Shown here: positions 38,109 to 50,300 of the stretch, in pieces | How the letters are laid out: each line of letters begins with the position of its first letter | Numbering within the stretch: the first letter of the stretch is position 1 | DNA from: Bugula neritina | Taxonomy: Eukaryota; Animalia; Bryozoa | Reading direction: 5' to 3' | Length of the DNA stretch: 64,000 bases | Assembly: GCA_964035545.1 (NCBI GenBank) | Contig: OZ037771.1 | Coordinates: forward strand, 4,475,628 to 4,539,627 | Program-made: the position numbers and the translations under genes | Notes under the pieces: generated by a model | What the model was told of the DNA's origin: nothing | The model's input: the letters and a program-made list of their open reading frames with translations, nothing else | Databases searched by the model: none

Positions 38109-40238
38109 TCAGAAAAGCTGCCAATAGTACATGAATTGCATCCATCTGCAAGACCACCAGATGATGGGCTTTGCTACACCAAAGAACTTGTACAGAGTGC
38201 GTCTGACAAACCTAGCTGGTCTTGATTTTATGCAACCATATTCTCCATCATCAGAGATTTCTATGTCTGACACAAAAGGAGAGACTGTCATAGCTGAGCC
38301 CACAGATTCACAGTCACTGCTCTCTTCAAGTTCTCCTCCAATCATCTCTGGGTACCAAGTCCTCATGCGTCTTGGATATTTGCACTCAGATCTCCTGATA
38401 ACACAATAAAACACAAAATATAGTCTTGGAGGTGATCTAATGACATGGAGGTATAAATAACACTTTGTTAGTATCATTTGTGAGCTAGAGATGGGAAACT
38501 ACCTGTAAGGAAAAGTGGAGTTGTCTTTCAAAAAGTTGGATGTTTAGTTTGGAGTAATTAAGAAGTTGGAAGTTGAGATTATATACCATGTATAAATTTT
38601 GCATAGTAACACATGCTTACAGTATTGTATCAAATTCTACAGTTATCTAATTGGGCGGAGTTACTAGGTCAAGCATATATTATTCTCATTAAATTAGTTT
38701 GTGATAAACCCGAGAATGAAGTTTATTATTCAAAGCTTTGGAAGCTCTAACAGAAGCTAAATATATGTTTGACATACTTTTTATATCTCCTCCTATGACG
38801 AATCACCACTGCTGGTGTAGAGGGAGTTGGGGTTTCAGCAGATGATGAGTCACTATCTCCACTATCCTCTCCACTAACTCTATTCTCTCTCTCAATATCA
38901 GACACATAAGGTGACACAGACATGGAGTCAATACATTCAGGGTCACTCATCTCTTTAACATCCTGTCCAATCATCTCTGGGTACCAAGTCTTCATACGTC
39001 TTGGAAATACTGGTTTGCATTGCTTAATCCTGGCAAAAAATGAACAAACAAAATATTATAACTGCATATATACAAGGACTGGTTTTTTAAAATATTAAGA
39101 TATTAAAGCCTATTACCAACATGCAGTAACGTCTGCATGTAGGATTGATTTTATAAATGTAAAGATATTTAAGCCAACGAATGTTTTTATTGGGCAGATT
39201 ATTGAAATTATTATTGGGATTATGAGTTGACCATGCATGTCCTACATTTAGTTATCAAATTTACAGCATAATTAATGGTATTTATAGCAACATATTTCTT
39301 GAACATTTTTTTATGAAAATAGCCTACACAGATGACCATTATGTAATGCTTTTAGTAAAATTATAAACATACTTTTTATATTTCTTCTTACGGTGAGTCA
39401 CCTTTGCTGAGGTGGAAAGAGATGGAGTTTCAGTGACTAACAGAGTAGCAGAGGATGAGTCACTATCTCTATTATCCTCTCCACTGACTCTATTCTCTCT
39501 CTCAATATCAGACACATAAGGTGACACAGACATGGAGTCAACACATTCAGGGTCACTCATCTCTTCCTCATCCTCTATTCCTGGGTACCAAGTCTTCATA
39601 CGTCTTGGAGGGAGAGGTTCTTGCTGAGACCTACACACAGGTTAAAGTACCATATCATATGGTTATCTTGGAACATGCTTGAATAATCTACATTCAAATG
39701 CAAGTTTTTCATACATTTTTTACACTATAAGAAAATGGTGTTTGTGCAGCTTATGCTCAGTTAACAGAAAATAATTACATGTTTAATAATTATACTACAC
39801 TTACTGAGTATCACTGATACGGTAGGCTGATAGGCCCAGCATAAGTACAGAAGTCAGAATTGGTCCAATCCCAACCTACAAAATTTAATTTTTTTCTTGT
39901 ATTAGGTTTATAAGTTTTACTTGAATAATAGTAATTCAAAATTAGATGGAAGATATACTAAAAGAGAGTTTAATACAGTTTGATTGCTACACTACAAGTT
40001 TAGATAATTAACTTGCTTATAAAAAGTATATGCTAAAATACATTATCTATAACAACTTAAACTATTAATGTAGGTATTAAAAATCATAGTTTTGAAGAGT
40101 TTAATATTAAAATGCTTTCAGCTGTGATTGATTTGCTAAAGAATAGCATATAATATCACCATTATCAAATGTGAAAAGATGGCTCACCTGCATTCTGAAG
40201 AGAAAAATCCCACAATGAGTAAGAAAACAGCTAAACAG
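38109..40238 (-). CDS. Orphan protein of three tandemly duplicated exon modules (PRRM[K/R]TWYP...VSP[Y/F]VSDIE); 5' end unresolved
   Basis: Exons 39373-39630 and 38778-39029 (both phase 2-2, donors aa|gtatgt) and terminal exon 38109-38394 splice in frame. Probable upstream exon 40188-40238 (CLAVFLLIVGFFSSEC, donor ag|gtgagc). AATAAA on minus strand near 37744-37749. No in-frame upstream ATG exon found. Confidence 0.75.
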
Positions 40239-40304
40239 CTGTAAAGTCAAAGTATACAATAGTTTTAATAAATATCAGGAATTAGCTGGAGAAAACGTAG
40301 CAAG

Positions 40305-42092
40305 CAGGGATGTAGTGGTACCCATACGGTCCCATACGCCGTATGGCCTAGAAGAAAATAGGCTGTTCTTGGCCATACGCCCGTATGGGCATATATTTTT
40401 TGAAAGTGTTACTGATTAGTGCACAGGATAGTTTGGGCATCCTCACTGAGAACATCATAAATTTCGCTCACAATCTAGTTTAAGTTCTTGTTATGTTAAT
40501 GCTATGTGGGTGGCATGCGTGTTGCCTACTTGTGATTGTTTAGCCTGAGATTACACTATGAATAATAAGCAGCTATCAACATTCCATCTTCTCATCTCTA
40601 CGTATTCACTGAAGCGCGAAGTGCTGCGCATTAGTGATTACTAAGGAAAAAATATTTCATTTTCAGTGTATAAATCACTAATTTTTAGAAAATCTATGAA
40701 GGCTATTGAAAAGATAAAAACGTTTGCTATGCATAAATTTCTCAGGTTTTCGACAGTGTTTGTTTTATTCGAATACTATGCTTTCCTGCTGAGATATTTG
40801 GCAGGGATTGAAAAATAAACTTTTCAGGTAAAATTGGCCAAAATAGTAGATTTTTGTCTATAACCTTGCAAAAAAATATTGAAAATTCGAAAAATCAGGT
40901 GCTCTGAGGAGCAGGAAGATCTAAAACATAGTTTTTAAATTTTAACTCTAGCACAATTAAGTATGGTTTTATTTGGCGGGACTGAATTCTTATAATATAC
41001 CAATAATGTGGCCTCAGCAAGGCAGTGTCAGCTAGAAAGTTGCCATTATTTATCTTGTGTGGACTTGCATTTTGTCAATAAGCAATGAAATTTGGAAAAA
41101 AAACCAACATGAAATCCAGAAATAAAATCAAAATGTCTTCCGGAAACAGTACCAGGTGTGTAGGAGAGGTTAATGAAAATTTATCACTGAGGTCTACAGG
41201 TACTATATCCACATTTTGGTTGCGTTATTCCATGTTAAATATCAATGCAATGAGGTTTTGCAAACTGTACACCACCATAAGTAACCTTTTATGTTTGATT
41301 GTACTAACGTCTGGCTTTACATTTAATCATCTTAACTAGGTTAACACATATTGAACCTGTCAAATTTGTTCTTTTGGGTATATTTCCTTGATGTGTCTAG
41401 TGGAAGCTCAGGGGTTTTACTTTAAAACCAAGTTAACATACTCTTCTTTGGTGTGCTTTATTGTGTGCAAGGAGGTGCGGTGGTATCTCCTTATGGATTA
41501 GACTAGTATACTTTAATAAACTCCAACTAGGTTTTCAACCAATTTCTGCTTGCCAATGAGTTATCAATTCAAATTGCTCTTTATAAATAACCAACACACA
41601 TTTTCTAATTTGCAATCTTCCTCTGTTCTGTTCTATAATTCTTTTTCTGTGCACGGCAGTGTATTAGATATTTGAAGTAATCAGGTTACATTTGGAGAGC
41701 ACTTGTTACCTGTCTCTATCCTTCCATCTTTTTGAGATCTTTAGCAATTTTTCTGTACAGGTTGGACTTAGTGTCAATTGAGTAAGATTGCATTTAAAAT
41801 TACAGTCAACAGGTATGGGACAATACTGAATATTTATATAGTTTGCAGCAATGCCCAGTCGTCATGTAGCTGGTATGGTATGAAAATAATAGTGAGGTGC
41901 ACATTTCAACACAGATTTTTTTCAGAAGAATTAGAATTCACAATGGCTTTAAATTGCATAAATTTGCATCAGAAGCGCTCTGAGGGCTTCGGCGGCCGGG
42001 GCGCTGCCCCGGACCCCGCCGGGGGCCTGGGCGGCCCCCTGGACCCCCGGCCTGAGAGTATGGCCAAGAATATTTTTGCCACTACATCCCTG
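40305..42092. mobile_element. Non-autonomous hAT-superfamily DNA transposon, 1788 bp
   Basis: Perfect 14-bp TIR CAGGGATGTAGTGG / CCACTACATCCCTG. Exact 8-bp TSD GTAGCAAG at 40297-40304 and 42093-42100. Subterminal ccatac/gtatgg motifs and a GC-rich patch at about 41975-42055. No transposase ORF. Confidence 0.92.
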
Positions 42093-43889
42093 GTAGCAAG
42101 CAGAATTCACTTTGAACAAAGTTTGAGCTGAGTTCAACAATCAAACAAGTTTTGATTGTTGGAATTAGCATCACTGGCCATTGTTGATTATTAAAAATAC
42201 CTTACCTTATATGGTAAAATTGCTAATGTTGCATTGTTTTTGCATGAAATGACTGTTACATAGTTACATATTATTATTTATTATGTGCAAAATAAACAAT
42301 TAGTAAAAGTAGTATTCAAATCATTGCTATGACTTCAAGCTAATTGACATTATCACTATTACACAAGCCATTAACATAAAATATTTTATATATTTTGATA
42401 ATAAAAAAGCTACTAGAACATGAGAACAACTTATATTATCATTGACTATTAATTTCAAAGCAAATACTTATATTACAATGTCATCGATAAAATATTTTCC
42501 TTATAAAAATATTCAATGTGTTCCTAAAAGCTTAACTATTTAATATGAAAAGCAGCATTGTGAATTTATTAAAATTTTAATAAATTTTATGTGGCTTTAA
42601 TTATAACATTATTTATACACTCTTACTCTGATTTAAAAACAAGAAAACCTCAAAAATGTCTCTCTCTGGTTAAAGTGGTCCCAGTGAATTCTTGAACATG
42701 TGCAATGTTTATGGCTTTAACCACAAGCCATGTTAAATCTTATCTTTTTAATATTAAATACTTGTTCAATTAATTCTTTAAAAACAGATTTAACAAAAAA
42801 ATTATTTTATGATATCTACATTTTTATATCAAGTATAGTATAATTGTTTTAAGGTAGGCTACTATAATGTGTCCTATAGATAGTTCTTGCTAAAATAAAA
42901 GCATATTATATGCCTTAGGATGGCTGTGCGAGATATATTATAATCCAATTGTGACTGAGATATTTTTCTTTTTATTCATGCAAATATATAATTTTATGAA
43001 GAATTCGAAAATCAAATACCTGGTGATCAAGTAATTTTCTGACTTTCAGAGCAAACAAAATATAACAAAACATCAAACTTCTGCATGCACATTTCCATTT
43101 GATTATCAATATTTTTTTAAGCTGTGATGTGATGTGATAAACTTGATATTACTTGTTTATTAATGCAGAAAAATTGTCAGATTAAAAGATTAAAACCATT
43201 TTAACGTACACAGAATAAAACACAAAATATATCAAATGAAACAGGATAAATTCACAATAAAAACATATAACACTGGCATTATAATGATTATATAATAAGT
43301 TAACATGAGATTAACAGTAAAGGAAGAGAGATGGAATAACTAATACAGAGATTCTGCTTTCCTGAGGTTTTTCTGCTTCAGTGCCTTTTCCATTGCATGC
43401 AAGCATATTCCTGTAAAATAGCCATGTGCAGTTTGTTATTATTTTTCTGGTTAAGTAGAGTAGGGGTTTTCCAGAGCCCAGGTTTAGAACTAAAGGTGAT
43501 AAAAATTAAGGTGGTGGGGGGGGGGGGGGTGGGCATGTAAAGTGATGCCATATAGACTGTAGTCAAACTCAATAGTCTGGTTCAGTCTGGTTATTTATTT
43601 AAAGTTTAGGTATTAATTAAAAAACCTAAATACAGCATATATTTCAACGTGTGTATCAGGCAACATGAAAATAATAGACAATCATGATCACTGAACTAGA
43701 AAAAGTATTTTTTCCAGCTCATTGGTCATGATTCTCAATTCCCAGAAAGATCGGGTGGAAGAAAATATAATGCATGGTGCTTAGGAGCTATAGCGAACGT
43801 GTTGCAGCAAAATAGAATAATTGTTTGCAGTGAACATAATCGATTGATATTTTAGTTAATGAACTCGCAAAGCAGAGCTCATTGAGAAT

Positions 43890-44162
43890 CTTTTATATTT
43901 GAAAAAATACTTTACACGGCGTCTACCAGAAGCCCTTTCAAAATTATACAAGGTAGCCAAAGAACCCAAGCTAGGGGCGCTTTTTTCAAACTCAACATGG
44001 CCTCCAGTTGCGTTTGTGAATGATTATGACTAGTTAACAAAAACTTAGTTCTATCAAAGTGATAAAACTTAACGATAAATATATTGATATAACCGTAATT
44101 TTACGATGTATGTCATGCTCACAAAGCAGATGTTTCCAGTCCAATAACAACAAACCAGCAAT
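43890..44162 (+). promoter_or_regulatory. PLK4 core promoter / 5' leader with CHR-like motifs and uORFs
   Basis: TTTGAA/TTCAAA motifs (about 43898, 43937, 43985), GGCGC next to the last one, and several upstream ATGs (43997, 44106, 44110, 44115, 44130). Confidence 0.5.
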
Positions 44163-47100
44163 ATGAGTATTGAAGTAAGTAATGAATTTAGATTTTATTT
44201 TATCATATTGATATTCATTTAATTTTATTATTTAATTTTATTTTACAATTACTATTACTATTAGTGTGAGTATTGCTATTAGTATTACTCACTCACTCTT
44301 AGTCTTACTGAGTTACTGTTCTAGTTTTTTTTTTCATTTTACTATGATATTTATTGATTAATGATTATCATTATGATATTGATAATTATATTTATGAAAA
44401 TCCATTTTCATTTCTAATTCTGATTATGAAATTCGATTTATGTTTACCTTACGCCTACGGCTTAGGGCTAGGCCTACTCGCACAGTCATACTCATATCAA
44501 TATCATATGGTTGTGTTTATCAACACGTATATAAGTATAGAAAATCTAACATCATTTTCGGTCAATTATAATAATAATTAATATTTATATTAATATTATA
44601 ATAATCATACCTGGTCAGATCAAATTCAATATGAATATAGTAATTATTATATGATATATTTGATTATAAATATGTGACTGCTTAGAAATAGAAAACAACT
44701 ACTAGGAATAGGATACATTTAACTTTGTGTTTCAATTTGTGTTCTGTTAAACTTAATGCTATGTCTATTTTAATAAACAAGTTAAATCAATATGAATATA
44801 AGTTTATCAAATTTAATATGAATATTTAATTAAATTCAATAACTATACCATACATGTGATTGTTATAATAAATTTTAAAATATGTTTCATAATGACATTT
44901 GAAGTAGAAACCCATGTAATGCAATTTAAACAATATTGAAACAGATTCAAGAATGCCAATGTGAACTGGGGCACTTCAACGCTTTGAATCAATGTGAATA
45001 TTAATGAATTTTTATGCTATACTATGATAAAAACATCAATTTGTAACTTACTTGCTGTTTGTGATAATACATAAAAGTTTAGTGTTTGTACTACTTGCAT
45101 ATTCCTACGAGTTCAACATGAAAAGTAAAAAATTGGGCCGACAAACTATTTATTTAAGTAATATAATTTCCTTTAATTGTTAGGACTTTCAAGTATTGAA
45201 CCTGATTGGTCGGGGTGGTTTCGCCTGCGTGTACCGTGCAAGATCTATAAAAACAGGTGAAGAGGTGGCCATTAAGATGATCGACAAAAAGTTGACAAAA
45301 TCCAATAATATGATTGGCCGGGTGCGCCGAGAAGTTGAGATACACTCCAGGTATGACCTTCTTGGTGACATGTATGTTCAGGTGTCCGCAAAGTCCGATA
45401 CAACTTGGGATATTACTCACTTATTTGTCGAGATGTCTTAAGCGTATTTTCTTTATTTTTACCACTATGTATTCAAGTGTTTTTGAACTTCATTTGACCA
45501 AATTTAACTGCAGGCAGCACATCAAAGCTATATTCCACTCCTGTTCATATTTGTTGCATCGCATGCCCATCAATGGTGGCAAGGATATTAGAAATCCTTT
45601 TTGAAGTTAGTTAGGTCATGAACCTTTATTTTGTATCTTCTTCATAACCTCGGCAGTATGTTCAAGAGTGTGATATATTCACATAGGAGGTTTCTCAATA
45701 AGCCAAGATACACATCGGATTTTCTGTTGGATTATGTTTATTTTATCATCCAATTTTCTTTCGGCTACCATTTATGGTAATTTCCAACTTTCTGAATAGA
45801 AGACTCCAAATAGTGAATTGTCTCCCCCCTACCCCCTCCCCTAGACAAGCATTGCACCTACTGTGCTAAATAGAGTTGCAGCATTTTGCTAATCACATGT
45901 GAAACTCAAGCCAAGCTGGTTAAGATATCTCAACAACTAGCTAAATATTTTAAGTTTTTTTCTGACATCCTTTATATGCTGTGTGCTACACAAATTCCAA
46001 GCTGAATCTACTGTCTTCAATCGAAATGTTATATTTATTCTTGTATATTTTGTCTAGGAAACTTTATTTTTTATTTTAGGGAGGTTTTATAAAACTCCAA
46101 ATTAATGAATAACCTGATCAAAGATTTGTATGTCATAAAATACAACGATTTATTTAAAGCAAAGCAACAAATTCTAGAATAATAATATATCAACAAAATG
46201 AATTTTTAGACAATATTTTCATATTAAAGCTTCATACTCATTTTAACTATAAGTTTAATGATCAGGTTCCAATATTTGGAGTTTGGCTCTCATGTTTATC
46301 TTCCCTTCTGTTGACATTGTGATCTACTGTATTCTCAACCTCTCTGTTTGTAAACACATGCTAATAATCATTTTATAGACTGAAACATCCTGCAGTGTTG
46401 GAGTTATACTCTTTTTTCGAGGACAGTAACTATGTGTACCTGGTGCTGGAAATGTGCCATAAAGGGGAATTGTACAGATACATGAAAGACCATTGTAAAC
46501 CGTTTTCAGAGCACCAAGGTATGTCCTGTCATCTGATTGGCTCGGTTGAGTCATGCGTCTGTAGTGAGGAATGGCATTTGGTGGGTAAAAGCAATTCCTG
46601 TCATCACTAACATTGTATCAAATTCTAAAACTCCAGTTATGTTTGTTAGAACTAAATACTAGAAATTTATCATTCAATAGCCCTATACTATTTAAACATC
46701 AAAATAATGATTGCCTTGAACTCAATGTGGAAGCGTTTTACTACCACAAAATTTAAACCTAGATTTTTAGTTCCGCTATGTATTTATTGAGAATTGTCTT
46801 TCCTTTTTATCAATTTATAATACGAACGCGTTTAAACTTCTAAAGTTTTATGTTGAAGTTCTCTTCCCATTTAGTTATTCAACCCAGCAGATGTTATGTT
46901 TTAGTGAGAGGTTTCATGACTCAGATAGTAACTGGTATGAAGTACCTCCACCAACACTCCATACTACACAGAGACCTGTCTCTCACCAACTTGTTGCTAA
47001 CTCGCGGCATGGACGTCAAGATAGCTGACTTCGGGTTAGCAGCCCAACTCACCGGCCCGTCAGACCAGCACTATACTATGTGTGGAACACCCAACTATAT

Positions 47101-47280
47101 CTCACCGTGGGTCTTCCTTCTGTATTCCATATATGATATAACATAATATACCATATTGTTCTACAACCATTACATTTGTACAGGTCATGACAATAAGATG
47201 ATTTAGTGCTACACACACACACACACACACACACCACACACACACACACACTCATACACACACACGCACGCACCCACACT

Positions 47281-47325
<45 letters not shown>

Positions 47326-50300
47326 CACGCACTCACACACAGATTTCATAGCATGTGCTTCTGTGTGCAGACTGTGTTTTGTTGCCTGGTTGGTTGTTAG
47401 CAGTCTATCAATTCTGGATGGCCTAAAGTTTTATTTCTGGTATTTCTGCTCACAGCTTTTCTTTTGACCAGCTGTTGTATTGTATCATTATTCTGTACAC
47501 CATTATTTGGCTTACCATCTAATCTACATGTGTAGATAAAGTGTATCCATTACTGTGTCACGTGTTGGTCATGTTAATGTCAAGGTCGTACTCTTATCAC
47601 AGAGAGGTGGCACAGAAAGAAGCCCATGGACTGGAGGCCGACGTCTGGTCGTTGGGGTGCATGTTCTACACCCTGCTGGTTGGCATACCTCCCTTTGATA
47701 CAGAGGCTATAAAATCTACTCTGAACAAAGTGATTATCGGGGAGTATGAGATACCCACCAACCTAAGCATAGAAGCTCAGGATCTCATTCAGGTAGTTGT
47801 TGCATACGGAACTCAAGCTATGCTTATTTATAGCTCATCTTATAGCTCATCTTTGTGCTTCTAAAACTTGGCCCTCACTTGCATGCAACATAAAAGGGAA
47901 ATAGATTTTTAAATCCAATTTTTTTCGCTTGAGATATAATTAACTAAAACCAAGTGCATTAGTTGGTTGAATTCTAAATTACCTAAATGTTTCATAGTCC
48001 TCTTTACTAAACAGGACTATTCCTTAAAGAATCCTCAACTTTCAAGCAAAGTTGTTAATTTTCTTGGAATGTTTTACTTGGGTTTCTTGCAAACTTGTGA
48101 AGTGTATTGTTACTATAGTTCTAGTAATATGTGTGATATTATTTCATAGATGTCAGTAGCAGTAGAACCGTGTACACTTGTTTCAAATGGAATAGTTGTG
48201 TCTGACTAGACTTGTCTTCTCTTCTCACTCACTGACTAACTCAACATAGTTTTCACTCACTATTCCTAATATGATATTAGCTCAAGTTAATTTGATACAT
48301 ACTTAGGTATGTGCTTTATTCAAGTTAGTTGTGAAGCATCTTTCTCATCCTGACATTGTAGTGTCTGCTAAGAAAGCAACCGTCGGAAAGAATAAAACTC
48401 CAAAACGTACTGAGTCACCCTTTCTTCACCGACAAGAAACACTTAGCCAGCTCCTTCTCACAGGTGTGTATTATTTACGGATGTCTCCAGTCACCCTGCG
48501 CACACATCACCTCTCTGCGCAAGGTCTCTCAGTCTACAGTCTCTGTCTGTCTGTTACAGCCGGACACGACCCTCGACAGCGGAAGGTTTACCCTCTCCTC
48601 AACCACCACCTCCAGCCGACAATCCCGTTCATCTGCTGCCCGGTTCGCTGACTTCTCCGCAGTGAGTCGCAGCAACTCGGGGTCGTATAGCGGTCACTCC
48701 AGGGGTCAGTCAGCGCTGTCTTCCCGTGTCAGAGCCACTGTGCAACTGGGAACCGTGATGGAGAGAGACCAGACAACGTACGGCTTGTTTATTGTTGTAA
48801 AGAGTAGACTACCTGGTAGTTTTGAGTAGACATGCTCCCGCAGTTGGTGCTATAATTGAGTGCAACTTCTGGTGAGGCTGGTGGTGTGTTTGGCTGAGCT
48901 CACACCAGCAGTGTCTGTGCTATGTGGTTATATTCGGCATATTCACATGTCTATACATCAACTCCGACAGCTTGTTAAAGTCTGCTACCTGTTGTATTGT
49001 TTACTGCAGGCCCCAGAGGAGTGACTCAGCCATATACCCAGGATCAGCCTCTAGCTCGCTGGCAGCCTCCCACGCTAGTAGAGTCAGCAACTACAAGGCA
49101 GCCACCACATCTACTAGTTGCACTGGAGCTCACTACTCAATCAGTTCAGGTACTGTATTCACACGCGCACTCTGCTGCTGCTGGAATATGTGATTCATGA
49201 ATAAAATTAATCACTAGGGCCATTTAGATAGTTACTTGCAGTGTATTGGGAAACATGCTAGACACCTGAAGGCTAATGCTACAGAATAGTTAGACTAGAG
49301 CATTAGAGTGTGTTAAAGACAATGCTGTTAGCCATGGGCTGTGGTTATACCTTTTGACCAGCACTAGTCATCTGATACTGCTACAAGCACTTGTTAGTGG
49401 AAGTCATGGAAAATTCTGAAACACGTATTTTATTCTTGAGAGTTACTTCCCCTATTTCATTGTAACATTTGCTTTGTAATGCTGCAAAACTACTTTTTCA
49501 ATATAGATAATTAGGTTAGAACTAAAGTTAAAAGCTATTGAAATACTGTTATAGATGGTCCAAATTTAGTCCCTATTGAATACTAAATACCACCAGCTTA
49601 GTAGTAGTACACATGTGTTAAATAATACAAGCTAAATTAGTATGAAAGAATAAGTTATTTAAGACATTATCTGATTATCTTTGTGAAGCAGGTGGTTCCA
49701 TTGCTTCAAATAGACCTTATGGTGGATTTGTGTTGCATTCTGCATTAACTTATGATTGTTTTCAAATGTCAAATGAAAAGTCCATTCACATAATGCAAAA
49801 CAATGGAAACTCAGTGATTCTATCATATCTGTACTTTGTAGAATAATTTCTTCGGTTGCTAAGAAATATATCTCAACACAACTTTCTTATTTTTAATTTG
49901 ATTTTAATGAAGCGAAGTTGTAGTGAATGTGTAGCATATCATTCTGTATATAAGTATGTATTTCACAGCCATGTGAACTTCACAGCGCAGGTGAATAAGT
50001 AGCCTCAGGTGTATTCTAAAGTTTCCCAAGATTGGGAGGTGAAATTCTTCTTTCTGTCTGTCTCAAGTGACTGCTAGTTTCAAACTCTAAACACTCTGCT
50101 GTGTATGTTTGCACATCATAAGCTTTCCATTTCTTTTGTTTCAAGATTTCTATTTAACGCAGTGCTCTTTAATTTCATGATGATATTATGCATTGTTTGA
50201 TTAGTAGAAATGTGAGCCTCTTGTTTTGTTCTCAGCTACATCAATGTTAGTATTTGTAATACAAGCACACATCTCTCTTTCTCTCTCTTTTACACATACG

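Noticed and set aside
41778-42140. ORFs over the GC-rich patch as a transposase or gene
   Set aside because: No transposase motifs; the patch is subterminal sequence of the non-autonomous hAT element.
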